From: Ruditapes philippinarum
Taxonomy: Eukaryota
Assembly: GCF_026571515.1 (NCBI RefSeq)
Contig: NW_026859477.1
Location: forward strand, 1-64,000
Length of the DNA: 64,000 nucleotides
Direction: 5' to 3'
Under the pieces are notes generated by a model that saw nothing but the letters and a program-made list of their open reading frames with translations, ran no database searches and was not told where the DNA came from. The position numbers and the translations under genes were made by a program. Positions 38,773 to 50,361 of the stretch are shown here, piece after piece; within the stretch, counting starts at the first letter, position 1, and each line of letters begins with the position of its first letter.

Positions 38773-39084
38773 GTGTGTGTGTATTTGCGTTTATTTATAC
38801 TCGCCACCGGTTGCCCATATGGGCGAGTCCCCCAGAATAATATTAGTCATTTTAGATTTTTGGAGGATAGTGCAATTACACATACAGAAAGATGCCCAAA
38901 TTCCAGAAGCTTCTCCTGGTTCTTTAGCGTGCCAAGTGTTTAAGCACCCATACACGGGACCTCGATTTAAAGTCTCATCCGAAAGACTGATTAGTAATTT
39001 TAGTTGGCCAGCCCGGGAATCGAACCCACAATGTCGAGATTACAAGTCTCGCGCTCTAAACGATTGAGCTATGCGGGCTGGCTT
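38773..39084 (-). mobile_element. tRNA(Thr)-derived SINE with Deu/Nin-like central domain
   Basis: Head GCCCGCATAGCTCAATCG...GAGACTTGTAATCTC...GGTTCGATTCCC; core CTTTCGGATGAGACTTTAAATCGAGGTCC; 12-bp TSD CGTCT(T/A)ATTCAT; empty site present in the duplicate at ~46994. Confidence 0.88.
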
Positions 39085-39130
39085 CGTCTAATTCATCTCT
39101 TCACATCGATTTATTTACAATCGTAAAATT

Positions 39131-40049
39131 CTCCCCGCTTCTTTTTCAAGTAAAAGAAATATTCAACAACTGGTGTTCGGTTGAGTTGTACCGCCTTATT
39201 GTAAACACGTGTCCACTTTTTGTTGCGAAGTTCAATGTCTTGCTATAACTTACTCCTGGAGGGTAACTTTGCTCACAGTTTGTTTTGATTGCACATATAA
39301 CAGGCAATGTTGTTAAATACGGTGGACTCTTCTGTATACGAATGTTTAGAAATAACGGGCAAATGATACCTAGTGCAAGCTGCTACAGTATCAATGTCGG
39401 TGCCGTTCGGGCACGATTTGACGTCAACTTTTCTACATCTAGTAACATCTAGTAAAGTTTGCAACCTGATTCCTTGGTTGATAAATTAAATTACAACCAT
39501 AAATTTGGGTGTTTGAAGTCATACATCTAAGCAAACTATATGGTTCATACGTGTCTTCGAGTGTATGACGTGCGTTAAAGGAGATAAAAATTACGTCCCA
39601 CAATATGGCGTCTTGTAATACGTCATCCCCTTTGTTACAAAGTAAACAATATTCATTTTTATACGTGTAGTTGGTTTTTAGCGAAGTCACAGGGACAACC
39701 ATATCAGGTCCAACATTATTCATTTTTGTCTGTTTTATTTGGATATCAGCATAGCATTTCTTTTTGATGTCGTCTGCGCCGTTGAAATCTTTCGGACACT
39801 CTGCTATCATTTTGTATGCTTGCGGGTACTTATCTTCCTCCATATGAAAGTCTTTGCTTACTGCCTTAGATCTTACGCAAAATATGTTGTCAGTTTGGTT
39901 TTCATTTGTCTCATCGCTCGATAAGTGTTGCGTTCAGTTTTTCAAACAATTGGGATATATTGAATATAACATTTAGCTTTTGTTATAATCCTATCATTTA
40001 GAAGAACAAACAAAATATGAATATAATATATGGTAGTTTTTATTTTCAT
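39131..40049 (-). pseudogene. Decayed duplicate of exon 1 of the Cys-rich membrane protein gene
   Basis: Near-identical peptide MEEDKYPQAYKMIA...GCNLIYQPRNQVAN; frameshifting duplication at ~39435-39455; SMB-like segment deleted; exon 2 absent. Confidence 0.88.
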
Positions 40050-40481
40050 TTTGATATTTTCACAAAATCGATTCTCATACATAACGTCTTTTTCTGCAGT
40101 ATCACTTAAATGATAAAAGGTCAGTAATTCTACTAATTCTCCTTCAATTGTAAATGGCGTGGCCAAAGTTTGACCGTAATTTTATACAGTATCATTGATA
40201 TCGTTTCTGGCACATGATAGTAGTGTAAGACATACCGCTTGTTATATTAACTCTCACAGATTCTCGTCATAAATGGCTTAATGCAAGGAACATGATGTTA
40301 ACTTTTCATAAATATTTATAAAGTAGATGTTAGCAAAGGTTCAACCTACAATCACATAGTTGTAATATGTGTGACGCAACCTGAATTAAAACCGTGTGTC
40401 TACTACGTGTACATTGTTTCAACAGACGATAAAAACACAGTACAAATACTGTTATTTCTACTTTTAGTTTAGGCAGGAAAT

Positions 40482-41398
40482 ATCACAAAAGAAGATATAG
40501 AATCGAACAGGGGAATGTTAATGACGTGTCACAAAAGAAGATATAGAATCGGACAGGGGAATGTTAATGAGGTGTCACAAAAGAAGATATAGAATCGGAC
40601 AGGAGAATGTTAATGAGGTGTCACAAAAGAAGATATAGAATCGGACAGGGGAATGTTAATGAGGTGTCACAAAAGAAGATATAGAATCGGACAGGGGAAT
40701 GTTAATGAGGTGTCACAAAAAGAAGATATAGAATCGGACAGGAGAATGTTAATGAGTGTCACAAAAGAAGATATAGAATCGGACAGGGGAATGTTAATGA
40801 GGTGTCACAAAAGAAGATATAGAATCGGACAGGAGAATGTTAATGAGGTGTCACAAAAGAAGATATAGAATCGGACAGGAGAATGTTAATGAGGTGTCAC
40901 AAAAGAAGATATAGAATCGGACAGGGAATGTTAATGAGGTGTCACAAAAAGAAGATATAGAATCGGACAGGAGAATGTTAATGAGGTGTCACAAAAGAAG
41001 ATATAGAATCGGACAGGAGAATGTTAATGAGGTGTCACAAAAGAAGATATAGAATCGGACAGGAGAATGTTAATGAGGTGTCACAAAAGAAGATATAGAA
41101 TCGGACAGGGGAATGTTAATGAGGTGTCACAAAAGAAGATATAGAATCGGACAGGGGAATGTTAATGAGGTGTCACAAAAGAAGATATAGAATCGGACAG
41201 GAGAATGTTAATGAGGTGTCACAAAAGAAGATATAGAATCGGACAGGAGAATGTTAATGAGGTGTCACAAAAGAAGATATAGAATCGGACAGGAGAATGT
41301 TAATGAGGTGTCACAAAAGAAGATATAGAATCGGACAGGGGAATGTTAATGAGGTGTCACAAAAGAAGATATAGAATCGGACAGGAGAATGTTAATGA
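40482..41398. repeat. Homogeneous 46-bp minisatellite (~20 units)
   Basis: AATGTTAATGAGGTGTCACAAAAGAAGATATAGAATCGGACAGG(A/G)G. Confidence 0.96.
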
Positions 41399-41589
41399 AG
41401 AGTATATCAATAATCTGTCTAAATGTCAGTCTCTTTTTTTCATAATGATCTGTCATTTATTGTTGTTGGAGACAAATTAAGCCATGTTCGAATTATCTGT
41501 TTGTCCATTTCTTTTTTTTTCTTTCACCCTGACGTTGTTGGAAAATTGGAATTATGAAAGGATTTACTAGAAAAGCATTGATGCAAAGC

Positions 41590-42183
41590 ATCAAAGGCGA
41601 CGCAAAATATAGTTGATCAAGACTTGCATTTAAACACCTTTACTTTATATCAGTACCAATACATGCGACATTGAGGCTACGACCTTTTGTTTAAGTTTAA
41701 ACTTGGACCCAAATAGAATATACTCTGTCTTACAGAGATTCAAAAGAAATTTATTGTCAATTAACGAATCACTAATACGACGCATGTATTAAGAGATAAT
41801 TTCTTCAGATTTTATTTTACCAGATACAAGGATACCTGAAATATCGACATATAACAAAAGCGTATTCCTTAGGGTTGCAAATGTCGTTGACATATATGAG
41901 AAATGAAAAAGGACCTAAAATAGATCCCTTGGGGACAGTAAAGGTAAATAGAGCAGTAGTAGAATGAGTACTAGCCACATCAACCTGTTGCTGTCTATCA
42001 GAGAGATGATTTGAACCATTTACGAATATGCCAGATGCTTGAAGTTTTATGTGCAGTACGGTGTGGTCAACTGTATCAAATGCCTTTTGAAATCTAAAAG
42101 TATCATGCCTACAATATTGCCTTTGTCCATTTCAAATCTAATATAATCTCTTAAAAGAATCAAACATGTGTCAGTTGAAAAAA
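41590..42183 (-). mobile_element. Degraded CR1/L2-group LINE reverse transcriptase fragment
   Basis: Frameshifted translation includes STDTCLI, GMILLD..KAFDTVDH, DRQQQV and VPKGSILGP..FLIYVND. Confidence 0.85.
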
Positions 42184-44282
42184 ATTATTGATATTTGTCT
42201 GCTACAAAGCAAATGTTAATTAAACTCTGGGTTATATGCAGTCACAGGAAGTGAAAAAAAATGCAACAAAGCCAGACCTTGGACCGGTGACTAACAAAAT
42301 CATATTCCGCGGCTGTAGCGATTGAGCTATGTGGCCGCTCAACATTTTCTCCCTTAAATAGTGAACAGTTCTAAACCGTGACTGATACTTTTACGTATTT
42401 TAATCAACAGGTAGATTAAATCTTAATAAAAAAAGAAAAAGAAAAACTTACATATTCAAAGTCTTGATTAAAATAACAATATATATATTTTTATAACTAT
42501 TTTTATTATAAAGGGCTGAGACAGTTATTGATAGTGTTATTATTTATATCAGGTCAATTTAAAAGTGAAAAAAACGGTACTTATACATGTTCTATATCTG
42601 ATTCTTTGAAAGATAAAACAAGATAAAACAACTAACATTCTTAATTTTATGGTGTCTGATTTGTGTCATGTTGTATTTTTGAATTAAGAGCACCGCGTGA
42701 AAACAAGGAACCACTTTGTGTTATTTTCGTGTTTTCATCTGGCAACCGGTTACTTTTCGTACATTGTCGGTTTTAGTGTGGCACAAATCAGCCACAAATA
42801 GTGCACAAATTTATTCAAGGGCAAATATAAACATAGAAACATCTCTTGGACCTCACAGACCACCTTAAACTGGCGAAAAGACGGTGTAAATAACAAAAAA
42901 AAACAATGCATTCTTAACTTAGAATGAATAAACATTGAAGACGAAAAATTAACAGTAAAAAAAACTAAACAAAAAATGAAAATACCAGGATATTTCAAAA
43001 TTGACATTAATGTACACCACAACGATATTGTGAGTCTGGCGTTTAGTATTAGTAAAATTGACTTAAATCTATTGTTGATTGCTCCCCATACCTTAATACC
43101 GCCTCCCCGAAGCCTCACCTCTTAGTGTTACGTACGTTCGTATGTGCCCTTAGGAATAGAATAAGTTAACTAAAAACGACGTTATGATTACGAGCCCATA
43201 CATGTTTTTCTTTAAGTAATATACATGTACTCTATAAAAACGGTATTGCACGACCGTCCAAAAATTGTAACGTTCTTAATGGGAGCGTCACATTTAAAGC
43301 ACGTCAAAAAGGAGACTTTTTTACTGTCAACAGTTCTTATTTTGGAGATGTGATGAATATGTGCTAGGTTCAAAAATGACGTTTGCGTCGGCATGGTCGT
43401 TGATTCTGACACCAATATTTAAAAGAAGCCAGATTAATGCTGATGTCTTGTCAACTCAAAAGATTAAGTCATCTGCACGAGTTTCAAAAAATGAGTGTGT
43501 TTAAACCTGCCGGAAGTGAGGGTTATATTCTTTCTTGATCGTTCGATTCTGATTGGCTCCAGAGTCTAAACAAAATCAATACTACTATAGATTAAGTATG
43601 TCGCCTCCGAAAATTTGTCCTATGTTTAAAAATGAGCTTAACGTATCCTGCCGAAAGTGTGGGTAGTATCGACTTGATTTTTCGATTATGATCGACAAAA
43701 TAGCTAGATGAATACTGACAGTTTAAGCGCCCTAAATGCAATCTGACAGGCCAAATGCATGTTTGCTTAGTGCAAAAGTAAGGGGTTGACGAATCCTAAA
43801 ATTCTGTTAAGATATAATTTTCTGAATGGATCGGATCCGATTCACTTAATATTGACCCCTTTTCAGCATCTGGTTCTATTCCTAAACTTACAGATAAAGT
43901 AATACAAATAACACTTAACTTGTAAATCAAGTATTACAATATCATTAATCAAGTGACACCATGCACTTTTGGGTCTATTAATTTCAATATCATAAACTTG
44001 TAGATCAAATATGTCAAATAATCCTAAAAATGTAGAATTATTATGTCCAATATTCCTTAACTTGTATATAAAATATATGCAGTATTCCTAAAATTGTAGA
44101 ACTTCATGTAGTAGTTCTTGTTTCCTAAACTTTTCTATCAATTTTTTCTAGTATCATAAACTTTATTAAGTATTTTCAATATTCCATAACCATAGATTAT
44201 AATAGCTCTCAGTGTTCTTCGAACAATCAAAAATTAAACGTTTTAAACAGCATAGACACGACTGTAGCTGTTTAAGGCCATT

Positions 44283-44519
44283 TGAGCCGTGCCATGACAA
44301 AACCAACATAGTGGGTTTGCGACCAGCATGGATCCAGACCAGCCTGTGCATCCACGCAGTCTGATCAGGATCCATGCTGTTCACTTACAAACCCTATTAT
44401 TAGTAGAGAAACTCATAGCGAACAGCATGGATCCTGATCAGACTGAGCGGATACGCAGGCTGGTCTGGATCCATGCTGGTCGCAAACCCATTATGTTGGT
44501 TTTGTCATGGCGCGGCTCA
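44283..44519. mobile_element. Palindromic MITE, copy 4
   Basis: Same family as 24243-24473. Confidence 0.9.
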
Positions 44520-46354
44520 TTTAATTACTAGCTAACTTAGTCATTGACCTTCTTTTTGTATACGTGCATAGTGTTTTAAATAGACGCAGGCCGTGTAAAA
44601 AATTATTAAATAAACAAAGACTAATCATTTTTGAAACGGAAGGCAAAACATATATAGGTTTGCTTTTGATTGAATTTTCTGTATCGACACCATCGAATAC
44701 AGACAGGTCGTTTAAAAGCTTCTTTAAAGTAGTCAGGGTAAATTAAGTATCAGGGCCACGACTGCAATGGAAAATATTTGGTACCGGTGACAAAAGCAAA
44801 TGATTTATTCACTTCTAATTTATCAATAAATATTTAGTTTTAACTTTTTATACAAAAAATATGTATTGGCATTTAGATTAGTCATTTTCACTTTTAAATT
44901 TTCGTTCCGGTTGTCTTCTTTATTATACATAATAGTCGAAGACGTTCCGATTGGAATATTTTGCTAATTCCTGTGCGTCGGAACGAATGGAATAACGATG
45001 TTTTATTTTATTCAAAATCTAGACATTTTTTTGTAATTTGTATTTTGCTTTGTGCTTTTGTATCTTTTAGATGTAAGGCTTGCCTGATATAAACTATAAT
45101 AAAACGATACTTCCATTCATGACACCGTATATAGTAAAACAACGCTTTCATCTGTGGTGCTCTTTATAATATTCTGTTTATTTTCCAAGTAAAAGGGTGT
45201 GCTTTGATTGCCCTTTATAGCCTTATTGTGTATATACAATAAAACCGACACAGACATCTACTATTGATAGATATTGATAAAAAGTCTGGTTCAAATCGAC
45301 AAACAACTTGTGTGGTAAACAGAGCGTCATGAAATCTATTTATTAAGCTAGTATAAGAATTAAATGTTTAATTAAGGAAAGGAAATCAGAAGAACACGAA
45401 CTATTTCAAATTTGAAAAATCTGGCAATAAAGGCGGTGAAGTTCCTGTAGAAACCAATTACATATTGAAATACTTAAAATTGTGGCCCATTTTCAAAATC
45501 ATGTGATGTTTACTACAAGTTACTGTCATATTTTAGTGTGAGTCCACAGAAAGACTGAAAATATTATCAAAACATAACGTAATAAAACAGCAATGGGAAG
45601 GCATAAAATGCATCCAAATTATAATGTGTCTTGGGTAATAAATTTCTTGACACCGTGGTATGGACATCCAGACAGCTAATCTTATTTCTGCAGCCGAGAA
45701 AAAACAAAACCATTCTCGACAGCAATGTATCTTATCTTTTTGTATACATATATTACAAATTCAAATCTTTACCAACATTAGTATCATTTAATGGCTGTTG
45801 TGCATGCGTGATACAGACACATCGCGTTAATTGGCAATCATATGAAATCAAATCCAAAGACCATATTTAGCTAGTCAATAAAAAACGTTAACTAATATTT
45901 GCATGTTATTATACTAGTACATAAAAGTTCATGACAAAGATAATATTGATTTATACGCATGATCACACTGTCAATCAAAGCACAGAAGGCGCTGAATTTT
46001 TTGGGTCTCAAAATGTCAGACAGGTGAAGGTTATGAGATTATAAACCATTTGTTTTGTATAGTGCAACGAATGCTGTTTCCAGTGTTAATTGAGTAAATC
46101 GGCTATAAGGCTAATTGCAACACTGATATTCAATTCAACGTTTGGCTTAAACATTTCAAAAAATCAGCTGCCTTAACTGAGATTTAAAATCCAAACCTCT
46201 CGCTTCCTAAACGACCGTGGAGTCCCTCGACCACGGGGAAGTAATAAGATAATAGCCTGAAGAAAACGACCTTATTCTAAATTAGGGTTTGTAACCCTTA
46301 TTAATTTCGAGATATTTTGTTCACGATAGACCTGTTGTTTAACACAGGTGTTTT

Positions 46355-46552
46355 TTGTTTGTTTGTTTGTTTGTTTGTTTGTTTGTTTGTTTCATTTTAC
46401 GCCTTTTCCAACAGTATTTCAGTCATGTAGGCGATTAGTTCCCTAACCATCGCTCCGGGAGAGTTTCACCAGTACTAGACTACCTTCCTCTGCGCTACCA
46501 AAGCATCTTCCGGGGATCGAACCCACACCAGAGAGGTAACTGGATAAGAAGT
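46355..46552 (-). mobile_element. 5'-truncated SINE, same family as 31766-31982
   Basis: Reverse complement matches CCAGTTACCTCT...GGTTCGATCCC...ATGACTGAAATACTGTTGG...(AAAC)n. Confidence 0.85.
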
Positions 46553-47236
46553 TATAAATAATCATGGAGATAATATAAGCATGTATATCTGTAAAGAATT
46601 ACACAATATAAAAATCTTCGACCATCGGAAACTACTTTTTCTTCCCCGAGAAAGCTTGAAAATAAATGCGCCTGTCATTTGACAATCTTTACGCAGTGAT
46701 CTCCCTTTTTATTTTTTCGGCGTTAGTGGACTTAAAAAGGGAAATAACCGCTTCGAGGAGTTCGGACTACTTTCGAACTTTGCAAATAAGTATATCAGGA
46801 TCTGAAATTTCGCTATCATCATCTGTTTTTTCTGAAGACCCAAACAAATAAAAAGCGAACACACAGTGGATTTTGTAAGGAATGAGGTTGGAGCACCTTA
46901 CTAAATACCGTATTCCGATACATACCGGACACGACGATTGAATGACTAAATGTTTAAGTCTCCCCTTTTCGCACATCGAAATACACTTTAAGACGTTTAA
47001 TTCATCTACACTGATTTATATACAATCATGTATGAACATTTGTATCTGAATGAATCACAAATGAATATATATTGGAGCTTATAGATTTATACATAATGTA
47101 GAGAGAACAAAATCAAAATTTATAATGTTCAGACAAATGTCAAAAACCCCAAACAAATTTGAAACCAAATAATTCACGTACACATTTAGAAACGTTAACT
47201 TATAGTTAAGGTATTGTATCATAAAACGTGCGAACC

Positions 47237-48163
47237 TCATGTTTCACTGTTATTCCTTTGCCCTCTTTTGACACTTATAAACTGTAAAAGACAAATACAG
47301 ATTACGACACCTGCAAACACAAGAAATATTACAAGTTCGTTCGGAAGTTTAACACCCAAATCTTTTATTGGTTTCGGATCATCTGAATCCTCTGCTGATG
47401 CAGTTTTCTTCTTGAACTCCGCAATCTTCAGCCTGGCAAATGCGCTGTATCTTTTAAACATGTAACTATCTTCAATGTGCTCATTCACTTCGTCTATACA
47501 CGTTGTGACGCCTTCAAAGTCTCGGAGCTCTCTAATGCTGGCAGAGGTCAAAGCCATACCCGTTTTGTTCAATACAACAGTCCCATATTCCATTTTGTAA
47601 ATGTCAGAGGGATCCAATTTTACCCGGTAACATAAATGAGGTTTATCGATATTAATGTCGGTCATACGTTTTAAAATCGCACCGCTGCTGTATATATTTT
47701 GTAAGGCATCATCGCGAATTCCGTGGACAAATGATCCATATAACTTTCCAGAAAGTAGGCGCGGCCGAGAGTCATCTTCAAACAGTGATGTTACAACTTC
47801 AATGGACGATGATCCCGTTTCTATTTCAAGAAATGCGATTTTTGTCAGACAGTCAGATATTTGTTCAAGTAAATCGATATAGGTGGATCCAGGTTTTGTC
47901 ACCGTTAGCAGGAGTGCATCAGTGTTTTCTGCTAGTTTCCACAGAGAGAAAGTGAAGTTTACGGAAATATTAGCAAGTATCTTTTCGACAATACCTGTGT
48001 AGGCCCTGTAATATGCGTATTTTTCAATGCTCTGCATTCTACGAGAACGAATAACCTCCAAGACAATGGTAAAGCATACATTAGTCATTCGATGAAATGT
48101 TGGAATACACGAGCCATCTATAGGATAGAAATTGACTGGACAAAGCACAAGTCTGCATAAAGC
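47237..48163 (-). CDS. Cys-rich somatomedin-B-like single-pass membrane protein, exon 2 (308 codons)
   Basis: Acceptor TTTTTCAG|GCT TTA TGC (phase 0); 210-bp intron; C-terminal TM LVIFLVFAGVVICICLLQFISV and short tail KRGQRNNSET*. Spliced product 711 aa. Confidence 0.87.
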   Translation of the reverse strand, partial: ALCRLVLCPVNFYPIDGSCIPTFHRMTNVCFTIVLEVIRSRRMQSIEKYAYYRAYTGIVEKILANISVNFTFSLWKLAENTDALLLTVTKPGSTYIDLLEQISDCLTKIAFLEIETGSSSIEVVTSLFEDDSRPRLLSGKLYGSFVHGIRDDALQNIYSSGAILKRMTDINIDKPHLCYRVKLDPSDIYKMEYGTVVLNKTGMALTSASIRELRDFEGVTTCIDEVNEHIEDSYMFKRYSAFARLKIAEFKKKTASAEDSDDPKPIKDLGVKLPNELVIFLVFAGVVICICLLQFISVKRGQRNNSET

Positions 48164-48373
48164 CTGAAAAAATATGTAATTGAGAAATGGTGTAATATCA
48201 TGTATGCAATTAACCCAATGGAAAAGAAAAGAAGAAAATAGTACGAAATATAAACGTTTTGATAAGTTCAATTAACCAGAAAAGTCGCCGTCGCGCTCAA
48301 ACTTTACACTTTCATTTTTTATATACATAGGAATTTCAAAAAGAACACAATAAAATAAAGATATTCTTGGTAC

Positions 48374-49582
48374 CGTTTCATGGATTGGTATGAATCCCTT
48401 CTCGCACTTTTCCCCACTTCTTTTTCCAGTAAAAGAAATATTCAACAACTGGTGTTCGGATGAGTTGTACCGCCTTATTGTAGACACGTGTCCATTTTTT
48501 GTTGCGAAGTTCAATGTCATGCTATAACTTACTCCTGGAGGGTAACTTTGCTCACAGTTTGTTTTGAATGATCTTTTGTTGTTGCACATGTAACAGGCAA
48601 TGTTGTTATATACGATGGACTCTTCTCTATGTTTAGAAATAACGGGCAGATGATATCTTGTGCATACTGTTTGAGTATCAATGTCGGTGCCGACTGGGCA
48701 TGATTTGACATCAACTTTCCTACATCTAGTAACTAAGTTTGCAACCTGATTCCTTGGTTGATAAATTAAATTACAACCATAAATTTGGGTGTTTGATGTC
48801 ATATAGCTAAGCAAACCATATGGTTCATGAGTGTCTTCGAGTATGTGACGTGCGTTAAAGGAGATAAAAATTACGTCCCACAATATGGCGTCTTGTAATA
48901 CGTCATTCCCTTCGTTACACAGTAAACAATATTCATTTTTATACGTGTAGTTAGTCTTTAGCGACGTCACAGGGACAACCATATCAGGTCCAACATAATT
49001 CATGTTTGATTGTTTTATTTGGATATCAGCATTGCATTTCAGTTTCATGTCGTCTGCGCCTTTGAAATCCTTCGGACACTTTGCTATCATTTTGTATGCT
49101 TGCGGGTACTTATCTTCCTCCATATGGAAGTCTTTGCTTACTGCCTTAGATCTTACGCAAGAGAAGTTGTAAGTTTGGTTGTCAGTGGTCTCAACGTGCG
49201 ATAACGATCCATTATCTTCATGTAAGTCTTGCTGAAAGGTTGCGTTCAGTTTTTCAAACCATTCGAATATATTGAATATACCATTAGCTTTTGTTATATT
49301 CCTATCAATTAGAAGATTGGCAATATGATAATCCGGACAACAGTTGCCAAAGTCCTTGCAATCTGTTTCGCAGGAGCATGCCTTGCAACAACTTGACAGC
49401 GGCGTTTTCACGGAAGTGTTTACGGATGTACTTATCGTACACATACCTGTACTCGGACAGTGTTCTCTTTGAAGGTCCATCAAAGTAAGGAGTGAATTTT
49501 CCGTGTTTGGCACCGATTCACAAGATCCTCTTTGAAGAACATGCAAAATAATAATATAATACATGGCAGTTTTCATTTTCAT
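48374..49582 (-). CDS. Cys-rich somatomedin-B-like single-pass membrane protein, exon 1 (403 codons)
   Basis: Signal peptide; SMB-like CCKACSCETDCKDFGNCCPDY; repeated Y(K/N)NxxCxxCN motifs; donor ACG|GTACCA after 48374 (phase 0). Confidence 0.87.
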
Positions 49583-50361
49583 TTTTATATTTTAACAAAA
49601 TATATTTTTATACTTAATGTCTTATTCTTCAGTATCACCTATAAAAAGGCGAATCATCCTTCTTTTATCCAATATCTTATTGTTAATGGCCGTGTTCAAA
49701 GTTTGACCGTAATTTTATACAGAGATCATTAAACAGCGCTTGACACGTTATAGAAGTGTAAAACATACCGATATATCAACTATCGCAGAATTTAGTCATA
49801 TTCTACGAGAATAAATAGCTTTATGCGATGATCATGATCTTACCTCTTCATTAATATGTATAAAGTAGAGGTTAGTGCAGGTTTAACTTACAAGCACATA
49901 GTTTTAATGAAGAATATATATATATTTTGCAATGACATTGGTCAAAGAACTATACAGCTGCAGAAATAGTTTGTGTTTTTGTATTTACTCATAAGTAAGA
50001 GTCACGTTATCAATGTGAGGCACACGTCAAGCCTCTCTCAAAACTGTTAACACCTTGAATTTTGTCATGGACATAACTTGAGAACTATTAAAGCTATCAA
50101 CTTGAAACATTGTAATTAGATAGATCGCACTTTGTAGAAGTGCACTGCTGAAGAACGAACTTTTACCCTGCCTACCCTAATTTTGGAGTTATTGCCCTTT
50201 GTTTAATTTTACACTTTGAACTTTGTCCAGGACAAAATTGAGAACTACAAAAGCTATCAACATGAAACTCTGTAGGTACATGTAGATACATCTGTCTGAG
50301 TAGAAGTGTAGAAATCTCAATGTGAAAGAATGTATTGCCCTTAAAAGAAGTCATGAAAATT

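Larger units (their letters stand above)
37680..40367. repeat. Tandem segmental duplicate of ~44900-49907 with internal deletions
   Basis: Colinear blocks, e.g. TTTTATTT.AAAATCTAGACATT (~37795 and ~45007), AAAACAAAACCATTCTCGAC (~38336 and ~45701), and CACATAGTT (~40353 and ~49895). Confidence 0.85.

Noticed and set aside
39012-39084. Functional tRNA-Thr gene (also tRNA-like heads at 31766 and 24641)
   Set aside because: Imperfect stems and continuity with a SINE body, tail and TSD; these are SINE heads.
40482-41398. CRISPR-like array (also 58315-58563 and 60157-60820)
   Set aside because: Head-to-tail repeats with no unique spacers, no cas genes, eukaryotic context.
27400-44531. Recurring short ORFs with MDPDQ.../WIHAG... 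peptides
   Set aside because: All lie within copies of the palindromic MITE; non-coding.
34965-48374. Splicing of the SMB-like exon 1 onto the downstream GPCR to build an adhesion-type receptor
   Set aside because: The nearest acceptor before the GPCR ATG (TTATTAG|GAA TAA, 34979) gives an immediate stop in phase 0; the GPCR is class A and complete by itself.
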